This document shows positions 56,264 to 64,000 of a DNA stretch of 64,000 nucleotides, piece after piece. The stretch's first letter is position 1, and the number at the start of each line of letters is the position of its first letter. The stretch comes from Methanobacteriota archaeon (GTDB taxonomy: Archaea; Thermoplasmatota; Poseidoniia; Poseidoniales; Poseidoniaceae), in contig PBET01000024.1 in the NCBI GenBank assembly GCA_002719815.1, forward strand, positions 3,393 through 67,392, written 5' to 3'. The notes under the pieces were generated by a model. It did not search any database. It saw only the letters and a program-made list of their open reading frames with translations, and was not told where the DNA came from. The translations under genes and the position numbers were made by a program.

Positions 56264-58771
56264 TCAATCACCCCTACGCAACATGCTTGACGTGAACAAG
56301 AGAATCCCAATGATGGCATACACGAGCCCCAAGCCCAATCCAGCAACAGAAGAAGGTCCTTGTTCGAGTTCAACGGACGAAGATTCGATGACCACTGCTA
56401 CCGAAGGTGATTGGCATGGCGCCTCCAAGATGCGATCATCAAGAATGGTTTGAAGTTGATAATCGGACGTTCCGATAAGATTCGGCGAATCCGTGAACGA
56501 TGTTGTATTTGTTTTACCAACAACAACACCATTTCGCGCAATCTCAAACGATGCTTGTACAGAAGACGTCCAAGTCCACTCAAGATTCACATCATTTCCA
56601 GATACTGTATGAACAAGGTTTGGGCATGCCAATGCCGGAATCGATTCAAGCGTCATCGACGTCGAATTAGTTGAGCCTGATTCATCGGTGACAACAAGCG
56701 ATACATCGAGCGATCCACTAAGAGGCATGAGGAGCGATGTTTCGAGTCCAGATGCGCCCCCGCTTGCCCAAGCCCATTTGTAATGGACGATTGCATTATC
56801 TGCATCGGTTGATGCACGTGCTGAGAGAACAACACGTTCACCAGCATACAGGGATTCTGTAAGCACCGTTATCTGTGCAATTGGAGGGGCGTTTTCAACG
56901 ATGATGGAAGACGTTGATACAACGGAACTTTCCCCATCACTGGCAACCACTTCAACACTCCATTCTTGGCCTGGACCGAGGTAGGATGAAGGCACAATTG
57001 TTGCATTATCAAGCGATCCTTCCCGAAACCCGTTTCGGAACCAAGTAATGGATGAAATTTCGGTCACATCTTCATCGAGGTCAGCCATGATCGCTTCAAG
57101 GGAGAGATCGTCTTGGGATGTAACGCCTTCATTCAGTACGATTGAAAGTTGAGGCTCTGTATTGATGATGGATACTGAAACCGTTTGACTTTGAGAACTC
57201 ACGTCTTCACCATCATCGGCTTGGAGAACAGCTGTCCATGTATCGCCCTTTTTTGTCGCAGAGAATGGCAGCGTTGCAAGATTGTTGTACGCTGGCTGTT
57301 CCGTCCCGTCAAGGTACCAAACGATGAGTGCCGTGAGCGTATCGCCATCAGCATCGCTCATGGTAGCATTAACTGTGATATCTTGATCTGTCGACGCTTC
57401 TGTAGCGCTTGTTGAAGCTGCATCTAGTTGCGGTCGTGTGTTCAAAATCTGGATTGTTGAAGAGGTGGCCCATGCTGACCAATCAGTTCCATCGTTGACT
57501 CGGATTTCGACAGACCACATGTCGTTTTTACTCGTAACAGATGCGTCGAGCATCGATGAGGAAAATGTTGTCAATAATCCGTTCTTCGACCAACGATACT
57601 CTGTTTGAACAATGGCGTCCATATCTGCATCAGAAGAAGTTGATGAGGCGGTGAGTGAATCGGATGTTGTTGGAGCCGATGGAGAAATGGTGATGCTATC
57701 AACTGTTGGGACTGTGTTTGACGTTTGATCGCTAATGGAAATTGAATTTGAACGAGCCCATGAGGAGTAATCTTCTCCATCGTATGCTCGGATCTCAACC
57801 TCCCAAGAGTCCCCGCTACGTGTCGTATAGGATGGGACGATGGTAAAATTGTCCAACCCATGTTGTAGCGAACCATCGAGATACCAACGATACTCGTAGG
57901 ATAATGCATCCCCGTCGTTGTCACTTGGACTTGTTACAGATGCTGATAGGTCATCATCATTGGTTGGTGTGGAAGGAGTCAATACCGCTGATGCAATCGT
58001 CGGTGGTGCATTGAACACCGTCACGATGTTGGATTGGGTTTCAGTTCCAACATCTTCGCCATCAGATGGTGTAACCTTTGCCCACCAGTCATCGTTCTTG
58101 GTCGTATGAGTTTTCGAAATCGTCAGCTGATCGTTAAACTGCGTTTGATGACCTCCATTCTTGAACCAATGAATGGATGTACCTGTCTCCAAATCGCCAT
58201 CTTGATCAGAATATGTGTATGCAAGCGTCAGATCATCAAGGGATGTTGCCATTGATGGTGTAATTTGAACGTTGGAAACTGAGGGCGGATTATTTGTAAC
58301 AACCACTGTTTCAGTAATGGTCAAACTCATGGTTGACCAAGCATCGCCGTTGTTCCCATAAGCTCCATTTGCAGTCATGCCTGCAATGTCGACGTTGACC
58401 GTTCCACTACCTGCAGATGGTGCTGTCCAATCGAAGGACCAAGCACGATTGACAGCATTTGAGTGGGTAATGGATTTGCCACTAACTTTGACAGAAGTAC
58501 TTCCTCCCGTAGCAAATGTTCCCTTGTCAACTTGGACATTGAATCCACCATATGTTCCAGATAGGCTGCTTGAAACTGATAGTTGGATAGAGTAGGTTTG
58601 GCCAGCAGTGTACGTGGACGGGAAATTCTCTGAAATTGTCACCGAAGAGCTGCTAGAATGACATCCGCATCCCCCTGAGGAGTAATGCCTCCCGTTGGAA
58701 TTTGCTTCGATGATAGGTGAAAGCATCACCATCGCAACAACGGCTGACAGGACTATCGCTTTTAGTTGCAT
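56264..58771 (-). CDS. Large secreted, C-terminally anchored protein: N-terminal GGCGCH motif domain, five tandem roughly 92-aa Ig-like modules, PKD-like module
   Basis: A signal peptide (from ATG 58771, MQLKAIVLSAVVAMVMLSPIIEA) is followed by SSGGCGCHSSSSS. The repeated pattern is P-x-[IVL]...D-x-D-G-D...[YH]-x-W-[FYS]-x-[ND]-G...[KS]-x-[DG]-D-x-W...DG. The C-terminal TM segment is GLGLGLVYAIIGILLF. Confidence 0.55.
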   Translation of the reverse strand: MQLKAIVLSAVVAMVMLSPIIEANSNGRHYSSGGCGCHSSSSSVTISENFPSTYTAGQTYSIQLSVSSSLSGTYGGFNVQVDKGTFATGGSTSVKVSGKSITHSNAVNRAWSFDWTAPSAGSGTVNVDIAGMTANGAYGNNGDAWSTMSLTITETVVVTNNPPSVSNVQITPSMATSLDDLTLAYTYSDQDGDLETGTSIHWFKNGGHQTQFNDQLTISKTHTTKNDDWWAKVTPSDGEDVGTETQSNIVTVFNAPPTIASAVLTPSTPTNDDDLSASVTSPSDNDGDALSYEYRWYLDGSLQHGLDNFTIVPSYTTRSGDSWEVEIRAYDGEDYSSWARSNSISISDQTSNTVPTVDSITISPSAPTTSDSLTASSTSSDADMDAIVQTEYRWSKNGLLTTFSSSMLDASVTSKNDMWSVEIRVNDGTDWSAWATSSTIQILNTRPQLDAASTSATEASTDQDITVNATMSDADGDTLTALIVWYLDGTEQPAYNNLATLPFSATKKGDTWTAVLQADDGEDVSSQSQTVSVSIINTEPQLSIVLNEGVTSQDDLSLEAIMADLDEDVTEISSITWFRNGFREGSLDNATIVPSSYLGPGQEWSVEVVASDGESSVVSTSSIIVENAPPIAQITVLTESLYAGERVVLSARASTDADNAIVHYKWAWASGGASGLETSLLMPLSGSLDVSLVVTDESGSTNSTSMTLESIPALACPNLVHTVSGNDVNLEWTWTSSVQASFEIARNGVVVGKTNTTSFTDSPNLIGTSDYQLQTILDDRILEAPCQSPSVAVVIESSSVELEQGPSSVAGLGLGLVYAIIGILLFTSSMLRRGD
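56870..58280 (-). repeat. Protein-level tandem repeat region (5 divergent modules of roughly 92 aa plus 1 PKD-like module) inside the 56264-58771 CDS
   Basis: The modules start NNPPSVSNVQITPS, NAPPTIASAVLTPS, NTVPTVDSITISPS, NTRPQLDAASTSAT, NTEPQLSIVLNEGV and NAPPIAQITVLTES. The copies are too divergent to be recent DNA duplications. Confidence 0.55.
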
Positions 58772-58828
58772 AACAGAAAAGTATTCCAAACTCGTTAAGA
58801 ATGTTCGTTCCGAGCATCAGAAAATCTC

Positions 58829-60949
58829 TCAATAATCAAACAAGGTTGGTTGGGCCGTTGGAGAAGTTGATTTTTCTTCATCGAAATCGCCTGACAATTG
58901 TTCCATCAATGTCTTTTCATCCCATACTTGAACGTCGAATTTTTCTGCCTTTGCAAGCTTTGAACCAGCATTTTCTCCCGCTACGAGAATCGAAAGATTG
59001 CCCGATACGCTACTGACAACCTTTCCGCCGGCAGCCTTGATACGGGCCTGAATACTCTTTCTCGATTCAGAGAGTGTGCCCGTTACACAGAATGTCATTC
59101 CTTCGAACGGTCCTCCAGCAGCCACTTGGACTTCTTTTGTGATGGTCAATTGTGTGAGGAGATCAACGATGAAAGCTCTACGTAAATGAATGCCGTCTCT
59201 GAGTTGCAAAGCGACAATCTCTCCAACACCATCAATGGATGTTAATTCAGAGATTCGTGAAGAATCATCTTGGCTTTCATCAACCCATTGCAGAAGGTTC
59301 TCAGGTTGAACGAAATGATTCGATATTGCAGAAGCAAGTTCTGGACCAATACCTGGCAACCCAAGGGCGCTAAGGAACTTCGAAAAGGTCATTGAACGAC
59401 TTTTTTGGATCTCGTTCAGAACATTGTCAGCGGACTTTTGACCCATACGATCGAGAGAGAGCAACATCTGTTCATCCAACCGATACAAATCAGGTATGCT
59501 TGAGATGAGGCCTTCATCGATGAGTTGTTCGACAAGTTTCTCGCCAATCCCGTCCATTTCCAACGCTCTACAATAGTACAGGATGCTCCGACCAAGTCGA
59601 GCAGAACATTGAACATCCGTACATCGAATGAATGCGCCTTCAATCTCGATTGGTCCTTCACAAGCAGGGCATGCTTCTGGAGGAGTTATTGCTCGGCGTT
59701 GCGGTAGTTTTCCAGTAAATGGTTCACCATCTGCATGCACTCTACCTTCGATATCGTGTTGTGATGCAGCACCAAGGCTGGCTTCGATCTTTGGAATGAC
59801 ATCGCCTCGCCGAACGATACGAACTTTGTCACCGATTTGGATCTCAAGTCGTTCAATTTCACCAAGATTGTGAAGGGTTGTATTCTCGACGGTGACGCCT
59901 CCTACACGTTGAGGAGCGATACGTGCAACCGGCGTAATCGTTCCAGTTCGGCCCGTTTGCCAATCAACGTCGAGCAAGACAGATGTTGCTTCTTCAGGCG
60001 GAAATTTCCAGGCCAATGCCCAACGTGGATGATGGGCCGTCATGCCGAGTAAATCTCTCTTCTCGAGATCATCAACTTTGAACACAAGTCCATCGATTTC
60101 AAAACCATACGTCTCTCGATTTTTACTCCATTTTTGCGTTTCATGGCAAAGGGAATCGATTGATGCATCTTCTGTAGCCGAGTTGTGTACGACCCATGGT
60201 GCAGGCTTGACCCCTGCTATCGTAGTCAACCATTCGAGAATTTGGCTGTCAAATGCATCGCTTGGAGGTGCAATCGAATCGGGGTGACGCACATGTTCTG
60301 GAGGAAACTTCGCATCATAAGCAAGGAAGACCAAGTCGCTTGCATCCGCCTTTCCATCCGCGTTTTTCTGACGAAGCGCGCCAGCTGCAAGGTTTCTCGG
60401 ATTGGGGGAAATCTCCCGATATTTCGCTTCGAACACCGATTTTCTCATCACCACTTCGCCACGAATGTGAACATCGACTTCAACCCCAAGTCTGTTCGGA
60501 ACGTTTTCCACCTTGCGTGCATTTTTGGTAACATCTTCGCCCCTGTCTCCACTGCCTCGTGTTGCAGCTCGAACCAAACGGCCTTTTCTGTATTCGAGCG
60601 AGAGTGCTGAACCATCGAGTTTTGGTTGTGAAATAAACCGGGTTGATTCGAGTGATGATTCTTTGACAAAGTGAGCGATGTCTTCATCGTTTGTGCCTTT
60701 GTTCAGCGAGCGCATCGGGAACAAATGATCGACTTTGACTGTTCCAGGATCGATTTCAGCGCCGACGCGTTGCAATTGGGGATGTTGGGGGTCAAGTGCT
60801 TTCAATTCATCCCAGAGTGCATCAAATTCAGCATCTGATATCTCGGATTGTGCTTTGTTGTAATACAGATCGGAATGGTATGCAATCTGCTCAGATAGCC
60901 ATGCTACGCGGCTCTGGTTGGAAGTGGATTCCTTCGCATCCTGAGCCAT
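58829..60949 (-). CDS. ligA: NAD-dependent DNA ligase (bacterial LigA type)
   Basis: The adenylation motif is QPKLDGSALSLEY. A Cys4 zinc finger (CPACEGPIEIEGAFIRCTDVQC), an HhH region and a C-terminal BRCT domain (FEGMTFCVTGTL) follow. An N-terminal Ia-like domain is also present. Confidence 0.9.
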   Translation of the reverse strand: MAQDAKESTSNQSRVAWLSEQIAYHSDLYYNKAQSEISDAEFDALWDELKALDPQHPQLQRVGAEIDPGTVKVDHLFPMRSLNKGTNDEDIAHFVKESSLESTRFISQPKLDGSALSLEYRKGRLVRAATRGSGDRGEDVTKNARKVENVPNRLGVEVDVHIRGEVVMRKSVFEAKYREISPNPRNLAAGALRQKNADGKADASDLVFLAYDAKFPPEHVRHPDSIAPPSDAFDSQILEWLTTIAGVKPAPWVVHNSATEDASIDSLCHETQKWSKNRETYGFEIDGLVFKVDDLEKRDLLGMTAHHPRWALAWKFPPEEATSVLLDVDWQTGRTGTITPVARIAPQRVGGVTVENTTLHNLGEIERLEIQIGDKVRIVRRGDVIPKIEASLGAASQHDIEGRVHADGEPFTGKLPQRRAITPPEACPACEGPIEIEGAFIRCTDVQCSARLGRSILYYCRALEMDGIGEKLVEQLIDEGLISSIPDLYRLDEQMLLSLDRMGQKSADNVLNEIQKSRSMTFSKFLSALGLPGIGPELASAISNHFVQPENLLQWVDESQDDSSRISELTSIDGVGEIVALQLRDGIHLRRAFIVDLLTQLTITKEVQVAAGGPFEGMTFCVTGTLSESRKSIQARIKAAGGKVVSSVSGNLSILVAGENAGSKLAKAEKFDVQVWDEKTLMEQLSGDFDEEKSTSPTAQPTLFDY

Positions 60950-60973
60950 ACTCTACCACCGTGTTGACCCCAT

Positions 60974-61414
60974 TTAAGGTTCATGATTTTGCAGTTTAAG
61001 TTCGACGAATTCTCCATCGATCATCGGACATCGTGACATAACAATGTTTGACATAATTCGCATGTGAATTTCGGCTACAACAAACACTGTCGCTTCAAAC
61101 ATATGTCCCGCGTGTGTTACAAAATCGTCGTCAGCAAAGGTGGCATGAAGGTGTGTGAATGCAGAACCATCCTCATGGCGGGCAAGATTTCCTTGTAAGG
61201 TGACGAGTTCAGCTGGTTGCTCAATTACACGCCGATGATAGGTGAATGTTTCATCCATGTATCCGAACGTTGAATTCATGGTACGACCGATTCCACTCGT
61301 AATCACAGCCCCATTGATGTCAAGTTCGTCTGCAAGTTTTCGAAGGGATGTGTGAATCTCTTCGCCCGGTTCCAGAACGATGACAACATCATCGCCACTA
61401 CGTGCCCATTCCAT
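60974..61414 (-). CDS. PPC (DUF296) domain protein
   Basis: The segments VVIVLEPGEEIHTSLRKLADELDINGAVITSGIGR and HLHATFADDD fit the PPC/DUF296 pattern. ATG 61414 is preferred. Confidence 0.55.
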   Translation of the reverse strand: MEWARSGDDVVIVLEPGEEIHTSLRKLADELDINGAVITSGIGRTMNSTFGYMDETFTYHRRVIEQPAELVTLQGNLARHEDGSAFTHLHATFADDDFVTHAGHMFEATVFVVAEIHMRIMSNIVMSRCPMIDGEFVELKLQNHEP

Positions 61415-61454
61415 GATTGAAACACACCAAGGAATCACTTAGCCATACCTCTCT

Positions 61455-61982
61455 TCATTCCTCTTCGTTTGGATGAAGGATGTCAACGATCTTCTGTGCT
61501 GCGACATCAAGGTCTGAGCGATCGCCTCCAAGCGGAAGAGGTCCGAATGGCCCCCAGCCTTTACGAAGCAACATAATTCGGTGCTTTGGTTGACGTTTTG
61601 GAAGACGAAGTCGTTGCCAGGCATAGCGTTGTCCATCGGCAAAAAGATGCGTTGAAGTAACTGCATATCGTTTTGGAACAAGAAGGGAAATGATATGCAA
61701 ACCAAGCAATACATCCCAAAGAATGACGTAGAAAATTGGTGTATTCGAAAAGGATGCGAATCCCCATGGTAGAGCCATCATTGCCGCCATTGAACCGAGA
61801 TTCGCCCATTGCCGGAACATCTCATGATTGCGCTCACTTTTCCAAGCAAATCCATTGTTTGGAAGATGTCCAAATTCGGGCACATCTCGATGTTGTCGAG
61901 TTAGCCACCAAGCATCCCAAGCCACAATCGCCCCTAAAATGAGAACCATCGCAATGGCAACGGATTCTGCACTCGGAAGCAT
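61455..61982 (-). CDS. Membrane protein (3-4 TM helices), function unknown
   Basis: Hydrophobic segments include VAIAMVLILGAIVAW, MAAMMALPWGFASF and IFYVILWDVLLGLHIISLLV. Confidence 0.4.
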   Translation of the reverse strand: MLPSAESVAIAMVLILGAIVAWDAWWLTRQHRDVPEFGHLPNNGFAWKSERNHEMFRQWANLGSMAAMMALPWGFASFSNTPIFYVILWDVLLGLHIISLLVPKRYAVTSTHLFADGQRYAWQRLRLPKRQPKHRIMLLRKGWGPFGPLPLGGDRSDLDVAAQKIVDILHPNEEE

Positions 61983-61991
61983 AACAAACCC

Positions 61992-64000
61992 TCAAAGCAT
62001 TCGTTCATCGATTTCGCCCAATGATTTCGGGCCTCCACCACGAATTCGGATGAAGAAGATGATGAGAACCAAAATCAGAATCGCTCCAAGGAAGATAATC
62101 GGCGTAGAATTGTCTTCGGAATTGCCCATTGAACTTCCTTCGAGTTCATCGGGCGTTCCATCACCATCATCGTCCTGATCTTCAAACAGTGAAGTCGTAA
62201 ATCCAGGTGGACATTCGATTCGATCTGGTTGTCCATCTTCATCGGTATCCAACCAGGCACAGGGGTCTTTTGGCCAAACATCGTTTTCATCCAAACGGCC
62301 ATCATTATCATCATCCGGGTCGTATATGTCTGGGCCACATTGCAATCCGTTTACTGCATCAAACCATGTATCTGAACTACACGATGATGTCCAATCACCA
62401 TCTGTATCGAGTTGTGTTACTTCGATATCAACTTCGACCATGGATGTAAGCCCAAGATTGTCTGTTGCAGTAATTGAAACGACAAACAGGCCAGAATCAA
62501 GATTGCTAATGTTGAACATTGTTGATGTCGATTGCCCATCTTTGACCAGTTGGTTTTGAGCATCGAATACCTGCCAATTGATGGAAATGTTCTCGAATAC
62601 TGTCGTATCATCAGAAACGGAAATCGAGACTTCAACAGGCATCGTTTCCATATGACGTTGCCCAGAATATGGGCTTTGAATGGACAAATCGGGTGCTTGA
62701 TTGGCAAGAAGAACAATTTGAACACCCTTCGCAGCGTCTTGTCCGATTGGGAATGTGAGAAGCGTAGGCAAACTCATTGAAGATAAGGCCTCTACTGTAG
62801 CTTCATTCGTCGTTGAAGACCCTTCAAACGTGGTTTGTGTATGAAGCAATTCAACATCGATAAATGAGCCCGAATACGCAACTGCTGCCGTCAATAAATC
62901 GCTGTTGATCGAATACGTGGCTTCCACAACTTCTCCACCTAGTACGGCATGAAGGGAGTGGGTGCTCCATTCATTGAGCAACCCATCCGAATCAATTGAT
63001 TCAGATCCCGATCTTGTGGTATCGACTGCATCAACGCGACTGCTTGAAATCGAAATGTCCCCTTGAATCGTAGAAGACGACATTCGAAGGTCGAAGAATT
63101 CGACAGAAATGGCTTCCACAGATTGAATGGAAGCATTGGTCAGCAAGACTGGTGCTGGCTCTTCGAAATCATGTGCATGAAGTTTCAAGCCCACTGAGTA
63201 ATCCAAAATCTGTACTTCTTCCAAAACAACAGGCTCAGTAATGCCATGACGTATGGTTAATCCAACACCTGAATTCTCTCCATCCAACGTTAGATCGTAG
63301 AGGTTTCCAGAGGTTTCATCCAAATCGATTCCAGGTGCACCCCAAACGGAAAGATTGCGGAAATTGACGTCTTCACACATGAATGCAAATACACCACCAC
63401 TTTCACCAGCGTAGATATCCGAATCGCTAAGGTGGAAACCAGCATCAATGGACTGCATACGAACGACATACGCTCCGTCAAATGAAGAAGAGTCGATTCC
63501 TCGAACCTGGCCCGTCGTTCCAGTGAGATCGATACCATCCTCAAGTCCAGCGCCGAGGTTGAGGCCTTGAACATCAAGTGAGGAAAGACGGGCCCATAAC
63601 CCATCTCCATTGCAATCCGTTAGGGATACATCGTGCAATGTTAATGTTGCATCTTGACTTTGACTTTGAATGCACATTGAACCTGCATCTCGTAGGTCAG
63701 AATCAGTCATTGTCAGCGAGGATTGAGCGGTTGCTAGGATGCTGATCAGCGGGTCTCCTCCTGCAGAACGAGCGAAATGCGCCCCCTGTATACTTGCATC
63801 GCCAAGACCTGCCATTGTCAGCAAAGGAGAGCCTTCGGTTAGAACTGTACCAGAGAGATCGATACGTGAACCCACAATTCCATCGAGAAGGAGTCCTCCC
63901 CAACGAGCGCCGAAACCTGTCGATGATATCGTTGATGCTCCTGCTTCAAAGATGCCTTGTACATCGATAATTGCATTGGACGAAATGCGTAATTCAACAC
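61992..64000 (-). CDS. Large surface protein with right-handed parallel beta-helix repeats, Ig-like domain, thrombospondin-type-3-like Ca-binding repeats and C-terminal TM anchor; N-terminus outside the window
   Basis: I checked the frame codon by codon from 63876 to 64000 and it stays open; the track start at 63875 is GTG. Beta-helix-like repeats are present (LTLHDVSLTDCNGDGL...). DPDDDNDGRLDENDVWPKD and DTDEDGQPD follow. The TM segment is IIFLGAILILVLIIFFI. Confidence 0.6.
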   Translation of the reverse strand, partial: VELRISSNAIIDVQGIFEAGASTISSTGFGARWGGLLLDGIVGSRIDLSGTVLTEGSPLLTMAGLGDASIQGAHFARSAGGDPLISILATAQSSLTMTDSDLRDAGSMCIQSQSQDATLTLHDVSLTDCNGDGLWARLSSLDVQGLNLGAGLEDGIDLTGTTGQVRGIDSSSFDGAYVVRMQSIDAGFHLSDSDIYAGESGGVFAFMCEDVNFRNLSVWGAPGIDLDETSGNLYDLTLDGENSGVGLTIRHGITEPVVLEEVQILDYSVGLKLHAHDFEEPAPVLLTNASIQSVEAISVEFFDLRMSSSTIQGDISISSSRVDAVDTTRSGSESIDSDGLLNEWSTHSLHAVLGGEVVEATYSINSDLLTAAVAYSGSFIDVELLHTQTTFEGSSTTNEATVEALSSMSLPTLLTFPIGQDAAKGVQIVLLANQAPDLSIQSPYSGQRHMETMPVEVSISVSDDTTVFENISINWQVFDAQNQLVKDGQSTSTMFNISNLDSGLFVVSITATDNLGLTSMVEVDIEVTQLDTDGDWTSSCSSDTWFDAVNGLQCGPDIYDPDDDNDGRLDENDVWPKDPCAWLDTDEDGQPDRIECPPGFTTSLFEDQDDDGDGTPDELEGSSMGNSEDNSTPIIFLGAILILVLIIFFIRIRGGGPKSLGEIDERML

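Noticed and set aside
55305-58789. Calling the two secreted proteins c-type cytochromes.
   Set aside because: The motifs are C-x3-C-H and C-x-C-H, not the canonical CxxCH. There is only one per protein, and no cytochrome maturation genes are visible here. I kept it as a hypothesis in the findings but did not annotate them as cytochromes.
1-64000. CRISPR arrays, rRNA genes, IS elements and long DNA-level tandem repeats.
   Set aside because: Reading through all intergenic gaps (the largest are 273, 189, 122, 110 and 92 bp) showed no regularly spaced direct repeats and no rRNA-like sequence. The repeats that do exist are divergent protein-domain repeats inside surface-protein genes.

Overview
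This 64-kb window is densely coding and reads as an archaeal chromosome. The archaeal markers are a TFIIB-type zinc-ribbon factor, MCM, GatE, two Pth2 peptidyl-tRNA hydrolases, Trm1, two PAC2/Pba proteasome-chaperone homologues and a RaSEA-like radical-SAM enzyme. The many giant, C-terminally anchored surface proteins (7-bladed RCC1 propeller, FG-GAP/VCBS propeller, PKD, beta-helix) suggest a planktonic Thermoplasmatota-like (Marine Group II/III style) organism; that assignment is inference. Housekeeping genes include pabC plus a fused pabB-pabA, purM, ltaE, pip, a PSD-like decarboxylase and one tRNA-Arg(GCG). I saw no rRNA, CRISPR array, transposase or integrase. Many gene pairs overlap by 4 nt (ATGA or GTGA), which suggests translational coupling. 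All calls come from reading motifs by eye; no searches were run. The parts I think deserve a second look are: (1) a translationally coupled bacterial-type AddA/AddB-like helicase-nuclease pair (13.5-22.1 kb) in which both subunits carry Cys4 clusters around RecB-type nuclease motifs; (2) next to it, a divergent TFB-like gene whose promoter holds an ACATGAAT repeat array and a perfect 19-bp palindrome; (3) an exact TTCCAGTGGAAA dyad plus G-string (archaeal ORB-like) in the mcm upstream region, which may be an origin or an Orc1 site; (4) a three-gene operon (54.8-58.8 kb) encoding two secreted proteins with N-terminal Cys-x(1,3)-Cys-His motifs and a His-bearing 5-TM protein; (5) an operon joining a polytopic membrane protein carrying two canonical EF-hands to an Obg-type GTPase; (6) a 745-aa orphan zinc-ribbon protein; (7) a convergent DEDDh exonuclease and Cas4-like Fe-S nuclease pair, and a bacterial NAD-dependent LigA.
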